A stretch of DNA of 18,995 nt from Pseudothermotoga sp. (GTDB lineage Bacteria > Thermotogota > Thermotogae > Thermotogales > DSM-5069). The stretch lies in the NCBI GenBank assembly GCA_031962025.1, contig JAVRKW010000020.1. One strand, written 5' to 3'. Below, in pieces: positions 8,312-17,200 of the stretch (positions are counted from its first letter, which is position 1; every line of letters starts with the position of its first letter). A program made the translations under genes and the position numbers. The notes under the pieces are model-generated. The model was not told the DNA's origin and made no database searches. It saw nothing but the letters and a program-made list of their open reading frames with translations.

Positions 8312-9466
8312 TCAAAACTGTCCCATGGCGAAGATGATGGCAAGTACACCGACGACAACACCAGCTCCACCTATGAGATAGGCTGTTAGAAGATTACTTT
8401 CCAGATACTTTTGTTTTGCTTCAAGTTCGGCTATTCTTTTTTGGAGCGTATCGGTCTGCATATCTTCGACCTTTTTTTCCAGTTTTCCAAGAGTTATTTC
8501 ATTACTCTCAACCCTCTGTGAAAGAGCTGAGACTGTGTTTTGCATAGTAACTAATTGATCTTTGCTTGCAAGTGTTTCGAGAATCTTCATATTTTGCTGA
8601 AGTTCTTCAACCTGACTTTTGACGTTCATTAGATTCTGCTCGTAATCTGACAGCATCTTTTTTTGTATTGACAGATCATTTTGAAGGCTCTTGGTCAGAA
8701 CATCCAATCTGCTGGACAGATCAAGCAATTTTTGGTCAAGAAGCTTTCCCTGTGCATAGAACTGGGTGTTCATATCATCTTTGAGTTTTTGGATCGCCTG
8801 TGCGTTTTCAGCAGTTTTTGCAGAAACTGCATCCAGACTGTTTTTCAAAGAAGACAGGTCTTTGGAGATATTCGACTGATTGGTTTCCATCGTAGAGATT
8901 TTGCTGCTGAGTAGTTCCATACTCTTATCCGAGCTGATAAGGTGATTTTGAATAGATGAAGATAGCTGTTCAAGCGCATCAACTCTTGAGAAAAGTAGTT
9001 CATATCTTGAGAGCTGTGACTGCTGCTCTTTCAAAGCTTCGTCCAGTTCTTTGCGCAGTTGAGCATAGATCTGTTGAGATAGCTTATCAGACTGACTCTG
9101 AACCTGCGCCAAGGCATTCTCGAAATCTTTCATTCTCTGTTCGTACGTCTTATAAGCAGCCTCGATTCCTAAAATCTTGGTTGACAATTCCTGTCGGTTC
9201 TTTTCAAGACTGTTCAGTCTTTCTGGAATATCTTGAAGCTGAAAGTTTTTGAAGATATTGTACAGATACTGAGCTATATCAAATCTTGTGGTTAATAGTC
9301 CCCCTCTGAAATTGCCGTTTTCATCCAGTTCCATGATCTTGTTCTGGATCATAAAAGAAACCGGTTCATAGATATCAAGGATTGGTGAAACATCTTTTAT
9401 TTTCACTTCAGCACAGAATGACAGAACCGCAAAACTCAGAAAAATGTAAAAAATAGTTTTTCTCAC
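8312..9466 (-). CDS. SLH-domain coiled-coil protein with C-terminal membrane anchor (Omp-alpha/OmpA-like toga spacer)
   Basis: Signal peptide, one SLH-like domain (KDVSP...YEPVSFMIQNKIMELDENGNFRGGLLTTRFDIAQYLYN), about 280 aa of heptad-rich coiled coil, and hydrophobic C-terminus AYLIGGAGVVVGVLAIIFAM. GTG at 9466 is best spaced from AGGAGG; 9472 and 9475 are alternatives. Confidence 0.8.
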   Translation of the reverse strand: MRKTIFYIFLSFAVLSFCAEVKIKDVSPILDIYEPVSFMIQNKIMELDENGNFRGGLLTTRFDIAQYLYNIFKNFQLQDIPERLNSLEKNRQELSTKILGIEAAYKTYEQRMKDFENALAQVQSQSDKLSQQIYAQLRKELDEALKEQQSQLSRYELLFSRVDALEQLSSSIQNHLISSDKSMELLSSKISTMETNQSNISKDLSSLKNSLDAVSAKTAENAQAIQKLKDDMNTQFYAQGKLLDQKLLDLSSRLDVLTKSLQNDLSIQKKMLSDYEQNLMNVKSQVEELQQNMKILETLASKDQLVTMQNTVSALSQRVESNEITLGKLEKKVEDMQTDTLQKRIAELEAKQKYLESNLLTAYLIGGAGVVVGVLAIIFAMGQF

Positions 9467-9478
9467 TCTCATCACCTC

Positions 9479-10885
9479 CTAATAGACGTACACGATCTGT
9501 CCAGGATCAACCTGTACCTGAAATTTTCTCCCTCCAGCCTGTACAGAATAAATGCCGGGTTTCACTGAATAGAATAACACAGGAGTCAATCCGACAAACT
9601 CTCCATTTATGTAGCACCTTGTTACCGCATCGCTGAAAACACACAAATAACCAAGTTGTTCATCGGGTTTAATCAGATTCAATGAGCCGGCTTTGAATTC
9701 AAGGGTTCTTTTGATTGTGGTTTTTGATTCTATTTGTATCGTGTGAAAGCCGGCAGGTAGATAAGTTATCGCAGGCGGATAAAAGGTTACACCTTCCACC
9801 ACGTACCTTGTGTCTTTGAATTTTGGCATTATCACAGTGACATAATCGAAATTGATTTTCAAAGAATCTGTCTGTGAAAGATCCATTAATCCAGCCCAAG
9901 ATCTTTCACCGAGCTTTGCCTCAACCAGGTGAAGATCTCCAGAAACCTTTATTTTAACAGACCCCCTTGAGACAGCTTTGCCGTCCACGTAGACCATGGC
10001 TTGGTCGGCAGTTTCGATATTCAAAACTTTGATATCTGGTTCAAGATAAACTCTCACTTCGTTCATGCCTTGCTTTGGAGTGATAGTAATTTGCTTTGTT
10101 TCGTAACCCTGTGCGCTTACTTTCAACACGGTTTCTTTCAAAGGAATTTGGGAAAATACAGCCGGTTGAAGTTTTTTCTGGTCTTGAAATTCCACAACGG
10201 CGTGATCTGGTATTACGTGAACTTTTATGGTGGCACAGGGAATGAGCGAAAAATCAAAGACCTGACTTTGAAGATTGCTCACCAAAATCTGCTCGTTCAA
10301 ATTGAAAAAATCATCTGCCTTAAGGGTCAATGAATAATTTCCAGCCGGAAGTTTAACCTGTACGGGGGTCTTGCCAATTTCTTTTTCGTTGATCCAGACA
10401 GTTGAAACTGGTTTGGAGTTTATCAAAACTGTTGGAGTTGTGGCAAGTTGGTAGTTTATCTGTTTTTTCTCAAATGGCATGATGTTTACACTGTCTTTTA
10501 TCTCACAATATCCATCTTTTCGGATCAAAAGATTGTGTTCGCCGGGTGGCAGTACCACTTCAAGTGGGGTTTTTCCACACAGTTTGTTGTTTATGAAAAC
10601 TTCGGCATCCTCTGGTTCTGAATGGATTTTCAGGCTCGACTCGGGCGTGAGATTCACATGGTAAGTGATGGATGCATCGTTTATAAAAACCTCTTTTGGC
10701 AGATAGCCCGGTTTTGAAAATATCACTGTGGCTGGTAATGTGATGTCAAAAGAAGCAAAACCAGACCTGTCACTTATCGCAAGAACCGTTTGCTGATAGC
10801 GTATCTCCACATTTGCCGGAACTGTGATCACATTGACCGCAAAACAGGTCGATGCGAGAAAGAGAAACACTATGAATTTCTGCAC
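9479..10885 (-). CDS. PEGA domain-containing exported protein
   Basis: Signal peptide plus repeated PEGA motifs (SEPEDAEVFINNKLCGKTPL...LPPGEH...KDGY; INEKEIGKTPV...LPAGNY; INGEFVGLTPV...VKPGIY). Confidence 0.88.
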   Translation of the reverse strand: MQKFIVFLFLASTCFAVNVITVPANVEIRYQQTVLAISDRSGFASFDITLPATVIFSKPGYLPKEVFINDASITYHVNLTPESSLKIHSEPEDAEVFINNKLCGKTPLEVVLPPGEHNLLIRKDGYCEIKDSVNIMPFEKKQINYQLATTPTVLINSKPVSTVWINEKEIGKTPVQVKLPAGNYSLTLKADDFFNLNEQILVSNLQSQVFDFSLIPCATIKVHVIPDHAVVEFQDQKKLQPAVFSQIPLKETVLKVSAQGYETKQITITPKQGMNEVRVYLEPDIKVLNIETADQAMVYVDGKAVSRGSVKIKVSGDLHLVEAKLGERSWAGLMDLSQTDSLKINFDYVTVIMPKFKDTRYVVEGVTFYPPAITYLPAGFHTIQIESKTTIKRTLEFKAGSLNLIKPDEQLGYLCVFSDAVTRCYINGEFVGLTPVLFYSVKPGIYSVQAGGRKFQVQVDPGQIVYVY

Positions 10886-11295
10886 TTTTCGATCTCCTCT
10901 TTGAATTTTTGCAGGATTTTGAGAAGCTCTTTTGAGCTTTCTTCTCCCATCGCATCGATAACCTTTCCTACGAATTCTACCCTTTTTTCTATGACGCTTC
11001 TCACAACAGTCTTACCCACCTCTGTAACTGAAACCATGAAAACTCGTTTGTCTTTACCGCGAATTCTTGACACATAACCTATGTTTTCAAGCCTTTGAAC
11101 GATCCCGCTCAGGGTACTCTTGGCTATACCGAGTGCTGTGCTGAGCTCTGTCATCTTCATCGGACCTTTGAAATAAAGCCTTTGCAATAGGTCAAACTGA
11201 GCACTTGTGATTGGATAATTTTTAAGGACAAGCCTTCCCTCGACCTTGATTATGAAGCAGATATCTCTGAGTATCTTTTCAAGTTCCTTTTTCAA
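10870..11295 (-). CDS. MarR-family transcriptional regulator
   Basis: ITSAQFDLL...MKMTELSTALGIAKSTLSGIVQRLENIGYVSR...DKRVFMVSVTEVG, a winged helix-turn-helix. Confidence 0.92.
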   Translation of the reverse strand: MKKELEKILRDICFIIKVEGRLVLKNYPITSAQFDLLQRLYFKGPMKMTELSTALGIAKSTLSGIVQRLENIGYVSRIRGKDKRVFMVSVTEVGKTVVRSVIEKRVEFVGKVIDAMGEESSKELLKILQKFKEEIEKCRNS

Positions 11296-11971
11296 CTTTC
11301 CTTCCCCCTTTGATATATATTGCCACTGTCAGTTCACCTTTCGCCTGTTTGAAAATTTCTACAGCCTCACTGATCTTTCCTCTGTAAAGTTGTTGAAAAA
11401 ACTTGGTCAATTCCCTTGCAATAAAGATATCACAGTCTCCAAAAATTTCCAGTGCATCTTTCAGCGTGCTGTTAATCCTCAAAGCAGATTCAAAAAATAC
11501 AAAAAGTAATTTTTGATTTTCTATTTCTCTGAACAGCTTTCTTCTTTTCTTATCACGCGGTAAAAATCCAACGAACAATACCTTTGAAGCATCAAAACCG
11601 CATAAAGCGATCGCGCTTGTCAATGCACTCGGTCCTGGCATGATATCGATTTGTATGCCTTCTTTCCAGCACGCATCAACCAGTAGCCCGCCGGGATCAG
11701 CTACTGCCGGTGTACCAGAATCGGTGACAAGGCAGAGTTTCTTATCCTGTTTTAGAAGATTCAGGATAGCTGGTATGCTCTTAACCTGATTGTGCACGCC
11801 ATAAGAAACAAGAGGCTTTCCCTCTATGTGAAAATACTTGAGAAGTTTCATCGTTCTTCTTGTATCTTCTGCAACGATCACATCTGCTTCTCTGAGTGCA
11901 CGAAGTGCTCTGATTGTTATGTCCATCATATTCCCAATAGGGGTTGATACAATGATCAGTTTCCCAGCCAA
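11279..11971 (-). CDS. rsmI: 16S rRNA (cytidine1402-2'-O)-methyltransferase
   Basis: Motifs VSTPIGNMMDITIRA, AEDTR, DSGTPAVADPG, PGPSA, FFES and ARELTK. Confidence 0.95.
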   Translation of the reverse strand: MAGKLIIVSTPIGNMMDITIRALRALREADVIVAEDTRRTMKLLKYFHIEGKPLVSYGVHNQVKSIPAILNLLKQDKKLCLVTDSGTPAVADPGGLLVDACWKEGIQIDIMPGPSALTSAIALCGFDASKVLFVGFLPRDKKRRKLFREIENQKLLFVFFESALRINSTLKDALEIFGDCDIFIARELTKFFQQLYRGKISEAVEIFKQAKGELTVAIYIKGGRKVEKGT

Positions 11972-12693
11972 GCGAATTCTTCCTTCCTGCTCATGGCAAG
12001 CTCCAATATTGCCCGGTTTGGTGTAAATGTCTCGATCTTTCCAAAGACGGTTTCAAATTCTTTTTGCAAATTGTCAGCGAGTTCTTCTACTGTGATTTGT
12101 TGATATTCTAAAAGTCCGGTGAGCTTACCCTCAAGATCATTTTGATCTATCTTCAAACACTTTGCGTATTCTTCTGTGTGCTGTCTGAAAACTATTGAAC
12201 CATGCTGGAGAATACTTTTTTCATTCCTCATCTGTGCACTGCCGACAACTTTTTTTCCTTCTATCGTTATCTCATACGAAGAAGCTGTGTCGAAACACGC
12301 CGCACTATTTGTTTTCAGTTTTCTAACAGGTTCTATCTGTGCTCTGAAACCAAGTGAACGCAAAGACCTTGCAATACACCCACTTATCAAAAGATAACTT
12401 TCAAGGACACTGCTTTTTGCCTGTGGATGATCCACTGGGAGAATCAAAGAGTAAGTCAGTTCATCCCAGTGCAGAACAGCCCTGCCTCCTGTGGGACGGA
12501 CTACGCACTCTATGCCTTTTTGTTTCATGAACTCTGTGTCAAGATCGATTCTTTTTTGATGTTTTCCGAGCGATAGAGTCGGTCTTGCCCATGTGTAAAA
12601 TCTAAGAACGGGCTCTTTACACTGTTCTGCTAAAACCACATCAAGAGCCATATTCAGCTTGCCTGAAAAGTTCCAGGTTTTTATGACTTTCAC
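11956..12693 (-). CDS. Lipoate-protein ligase family protein (LipM-like octanoyltransferase)
   Basis: Motifs NMALD, LRFYTW...LSLG, RPTGGRAVLH...ELTYS and GKKVVGSAQ...LQHGS. At 245 aa it lacks the LplA C-terminal domain. Confidence 0.85.
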   Translation of the reverse strand: MKVIKTWNFSGKLNMALDVVLAEQCKEPVLRFYTWARPTLSLGKHQKRIDLDTEFMKQKGIECVVRPTGGRAVLHWDELTYSLILPVDHPQAKSSVLESYLLISGCIARSLRSLGFRAQIEPVRKLKTNSAACFDTASSYEITIEGKKVVGSAQMRNEKSILQHGSIVFRQHTEEYAKCLKIDQNDLEGKLTGLLEYQQITVEELADNLQKEFETVFGKIETFTPNRAILELAMSRKEEFAWLGN

Positions 12694-12702
12694 CGAACCA
12701 CC

Positions 12703-13374
12703 TCATAGTGGTTTTTTCATTATTGTGGATATCTTTCTTGGATAAATTTCACTGGTTTCTTTGATTTTGCGAAATTTCAGTAAAACCCTTTTTTCGCCTG
12801 TTTTGAGTGTGTATTCAACCACTTTTTCTATTTCAATACCAAGCGTCCTGATTGCGTTTTTTGCGTCATTGTATTCATCATTCCATCTTGGACCTTTGTA
12901 AAACAGAAGCTCTCCTTTGACCTTGCAGAACGGGACACAGAGTTCAGTAAGAATTCTGAGTTCAGCCACAGCCCTTGCCGCTACCACATCGAATTTTTCT
13001 CTCATTTCACTGCCAAGCTCCTCTACTCTTGAGCAGATAACCTGTGCATTGCAAAGCCCAAGTTCAGCTATTGTTTGCTCTAACCAGATAGCCTTTTTCC
13101 TGATCGATTCGACCATGGTAACTCTTGTTCCAAAAACTATCGCGTAGATGATGCCAGGTATACCCCCTCCGCTACCAACATCGAGAACATCGCCTTTGAT
13201 AGAGTCCACAGGTAAAAGCACATCGGCGATGTGTTTGTGAATTACTTGTTGATAGTCTCTGATGGATGTCAGATTCAGTGGTGCTTTTGTCAAAAGATTT
13301 ATGTACTTTGACAGCAGTTCTATTTTTTCATCTTCTATGTTCAATCCGTATTCTTTGAGAATCTGATTCATCAT
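12703..13374 (-). CDS. rsmG: 16S rRNA (guanine527-N7)-methyltransferase (GidB)
   Basis: Motifs NLTSI, KHIAD, LDVGSGGGIPG, SRVEE, ARAVA and YKG. Start is 13374 or 13371. Confidence 0.95.
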   Translation of the reverse strand: MMNQILKEYGLNIEDEKIELLSKYINLLTKAPLNLTSIRDYQQVIHKHIADVLLPVDSIKGDVLDVGSGGGIPGIIYAIVFGTRVTMVESIRKKAIWLEQTIAELGLCNAQVICSRVEELGSEMREKFDVVAARAVAELRILTELCVPFCKVKGELLFYKGPRWNDEYNDAKNAIRTLGIEIEKVVEYTLKTGEKRVLLKFRKIKETSEIYPRKISTIMKKPL

Positions 13375-13421
13375 TTTTCAGCGCGAAACTTTAATGGAAA
13401 AATGCGCTGCACACTCCTTTC
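13369..13421 (-). promoter_or_regulatory. rsmG leader: SD separated from the start codon by a 31-nt hairpin (copy 2 of shared motif)
   Basis: Minus strand reads GAAAGGAGTGTG-CAGCGC-ATTTTTCCATTAAAGTTTC-GCGCTG-AAAA-ATG-ATG. The stem is 13409-13404 paired with 13384-13379. No closer SD. Confidence 0.6.
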
Positions 13422-13476
13422 TAAAGTTTTGCGTTTTGAAAAACATAAGCTTGAACTTTTACTGGCAGTGGTCAGT

Positions 13477-14235
13477 TCACACAAAGAAACTTTCTGTCGC
13501 CGTGCTTTTGCCCATGTCATAACCTGAGCCTAGAGCTAAGACGACTGCAAGTTCGGCAGGTAATCGCATTTGTGCTATTTTCTCACAGGTTTTTTTCACA
13601 TCATAAGCAACTCTTATGAATTCGTACCAGATGACACCTTTTGTGACTTCAACCAGAAGGTAGCACGATCTTGGATCGTTGTCTTTTGGTCTTCCCACAC
13701 TTCCTGCGTTCATTATCAACTTTCCATTGATCGATTTGACCATCGGCAGATGTGTGTGCCCGTTGATTATTACATCTGCTCTGGTACTCTCGACGATTTT
13801 TCGAAGCCTTTCCTGATCTGTTTTTGGAGTGACATATTCGAGTAACTCATTCAGCGGACTTCCATGCACCAAGAGAAAGTTCACACCCTCAACTTCAAAT
13901 TCCATTCTGTGCTTGAGCGTGCGAAGATGGGATTTTACTTCCTCTGAAGTATTTTGAATAGTCCATTTCAGTGAGATGTCACCGACTTCTGTTTCTCTTG
14001 TTGAGCCATACTGACATCCACAACTGGTTTTTTTATAACCAACACCATCGTCGTAATTTCCGGCAACGGTCGGGATATTGATCAATTTTCTGACAACCAA
14101 CTCAGGATCCGGTCCATAACCAACAAGATCTCCAAGGCAGTAGACTCTGTCAACTTTTCGTTTTTCAATGTCGTTCATCACGGCTTCGAGTGCCTCGAGG
14201 TTTGCATGAATATCAGAAATAAAAGCCAGGATCAT
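13477..14235 (-). CDS. Metallophosphoesterase (calcineurin-like, YfcE/PrpA-related)
   Basis: Motifs SDIHAN, LGDLVGYG, GNYD, LVHGSP, GHTH and NAGSVG. SD AGGAGG upstream. Confidence 0.92.
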   Translation of the reverse strand: MILAFISDIHANLEALEAVMNDIEKRKVDRVYCLGDLVGYGPDPELVVRKLINIPTVAGNYDDGVGYKKTSCGCQYGSTRETEVGDISLKWTIQNTSEEVKSHLRTLKHRMEFEVEGVNFLLVHGSPLNELLEYVTPKTDQERLRKIVESTRADVIINGHTHLPMVKSINGKLIMNAGSVGRPKDNDPRSCYLLVEVTKGVIWYEFIRVAYDVKKTCEKIAQMRLPAELAVVLALGSGYDMGKSTATESFFV

Positions 14236-14276
14236 GACTGAACCTCCTGGCTATATTGTACACTATGAAATCAGCA

Positions 14277-17200
14277 CTAAAACAGGCTGATCTGTTCTTT
14301 CTCAGGCAAGCCTTCCAGTTCGACCATCCTTTTGAAGGTTTCAAGGTGGGATTTGTTCACCTTGGTTCGTTTTACCATATCTTCCAGTGAGCTGAACGGT
14401 TTTTCCTTTCTGGCTTTGATGATTGATTCTGCCACGTTATCGCCAAGGTTTGGCAGTTTATTGAGTGGGATTCTCAGTTTTCCATTCTCTATGGTGAAGA
14501 GTTTGGCATCTGATTTGTTTATATTCACAGGCAGGAAAGAATAGCCTCTACAGAACATTTCGAGCATCAATTCAAGTGTCGTCTCCTTGGCTTTTTCTCT
14601 GACGTCTTTGTCAACTATTGTCGATAGTTCCATCAGCCTTTTTTTCACGATCTGTGGACCACCGAGTGCCGCTTCAACATCGAATTCATCGCCTTTGAGT
14701 GTGAAGTAAACCGCATAGAATGCCAATGGGTAATGCACTTTGAAATACGCTATTCTAAACGCCATGCTCACATAAGCTGTTGCATGTGCCTTTGGAAAGA
14801 GATATTTTATCTTTTTGCACGATTCGATATACCACTCGGGTACGCCTATGTCCCTGAGATCCTTTTCGTTTTCCTCAGAGATTCCCTTACCTTTTCTGAC
14901 ATTTTCCATGATTTTAAAAGCTTTGGAAGCGTTCATACCTTTTTTTATCAAGTAATTCATGATATCATCGCGACAGGCTATGACATCTGACAAAGTGGCT
15001 TTTTTCTGTCTTATCCACTCCTGTGCATTGTTCAACCACACATCAGTTCCGTGTGAAAGTCCAGAGATTCTAACGAGTTCTGCAAAGCTCTTTGGTCGTG
15101 TTTCCGATAGCATTCCACGAACAAACTGGGTGCCGAACTCAGGTATTCCAAGTGTACCAACATCCGTGCCTATATCGGTAGCTTTGACACCAAGTGGTTC
15201 TACACTCGAGAAAATTTTCATTGTTTCTTCATCATCCATTGGTATCTGCATTGGATCGACACCGGTTATATCTTTTAAGAGCTTCACAAAAGTTGGATCA
15301 TCGTGACCGAGTGCATCTATTTTCACAAGATCGTCGTGAATTGATTCGTAGTCAAAATGCGTTGTTAGCACCATTGCCTCTTTTGTATTGGCTGGATACT
15401 GTATGGGTGTGAAATCGTAAACCTCGTATTGTTTTGGAATGATCATCAGTCCGCCGGGGTGTTGTCCTGTTGTTCTTTTCACACCGGTTACAGCACTGGC
15501 AAGTCTTTCACTTTCCGCTTTTCTGACTTTCCTTGAGATTTTTTCCTCATAGGCTTTGACAAAACCATAGGCAGTTCTTGAGGCTATTGTGTTTATCGTT
15601 CCCGCGCGGTATACGTGTTCCTTTCCAAACAATTTTTCTATGAATCTATGGGCTTCGTCCTGATAATCTCCGGAGAAATTCAGATCTATATCTGGTACCT
15701 TATCACCCTCAAAGCCCATGAAGGTTTCAAACGGTATGTCCTGACCATTTCTGCTGAGCTGGTTACCGCATTTTGGACAGGTCTTTGAAGGTAAATCGTA
15801 CCCCGAACCATAGCCGTTGTTCTGAATGAATTCTATGTAATGGCATTTTCCACAGAAATAGTGAGGAGGAAGTGGATTGACTTCAGTTATACCCATCAGA
15901 AAAGCCACAAAAGAAGAGCCAACCGAACCACGTGAACCGACGACATAACCGTCTTCTAATGACTTATCTACCATTTTCTTGGCTATCAAGTAAAGAACGG
16001 CATATCCATGGTTGATAATCGCATCCAGTTCTTTTTTCAGTCTTTTTTCGACCAGCTCCGGTAGTGGATCGCCGTACAACTGTACAGCTCTTTGCATCGC
16101 GATGGTTTTTACTTGCTCTTCAGCACCTTCAATCTTTGGTGTGTGGAGTTTTTTCTCAAGAGGTACGATTTCCTCGATATTTGAAGCCACTTGATTTGGA
16201 TATTCCACGACTACTTTCAACGCTTTTTGTTCATCCTGCAAAATCTCCTGTGCTGCCTCGAGCATCTCCTGCGTTGTTCTCAGATAAGCTGCAGGTTGTT
16301 CAGAAATATTGTCCTGTTGCGGCGCTTGTAAAACCGACCTGATCTTCTCGTCTTCTGGATCAAGAAAATGTACATCACCGGTCATTAAAACTGGTATACC
16401 CATTTTTTCGCAGATCTGGTAAAGTTTCATGTAAATTTCACTGAGCCTTTCGCGCGTCAAACCAAGATCGTTGTTGACTGGAAGAAGATCCAAAGGCATT
16501 ATTTCGACAAAATCATAAAACGCCAGAGTTTCTTCTATCTCGCTGTCATTTGCACCGGCAAGCATTTCCTGAATCAATTCACCGCTGACACAGCCACTAC
16601 CCACCAGCAGTCCACTGCGCAGTGATTGAAGCTCACTCTTTGGAATTCTTGGCACGCTGTGGAAGTACTTCACGTGTGCATTGGAAACCAGTTTATATAG
16701 ATTTTTCAGACCTTCTTTGTTTTGAACCAGTATTGTCGCGTGAAACGGTTTTGATTGCTTTATTATCGATTCTTTATGCAATTCCTCTATTTGCTTGAAG
16801 GTTTCGATATTCCTTTCTCTGGCAATTTTCAACAACTCCATGAATATCTGTGCTGTTACTCTTGCATCTTCAAGGGCTCTGTGATGAGAGAACGCACCAA
16901 CTTTAAAATAATTAGCGAGTTTTTCCAGATTATAACTCGACAGTTTCACAAGCCTTTTTGCGAGTGCCAGTGTATCTATGACAGGTACTTTCCAGTTCAC
17001 TTTCATGACTTTTTCAATCCAGTACCTCAGAAATCTATAGTCGAAATTGGCGTTGTGAGCAACTACTATGCTATTTTTACAGAATTCAAAGAACTTGGGA
17101 AGGACTTCTTCAATGAATGGCTGATCATCGAGCATCTGATCTGTTATTTTTGTGAACTGGATTGTAAAACTGTTGAGTTTTTCTTTTGGTTTCACCAGAG

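Noticed and set aside
10555..10567. CCACTT-C-AAGTGG palindrome resembling an IS605 end hairpin
   Set aside because: It lies inside the intact PEGA coding frame with no other IS-end features.
13452..13479. Imperfect inverted repeat (TGAACT...AGTTCA) after the metallophosphoesterase stop as a terminator
   Set aside because: The stem is weak and the U-tract is not adjacent, so it cannot be supported as an intrinsic terminator.
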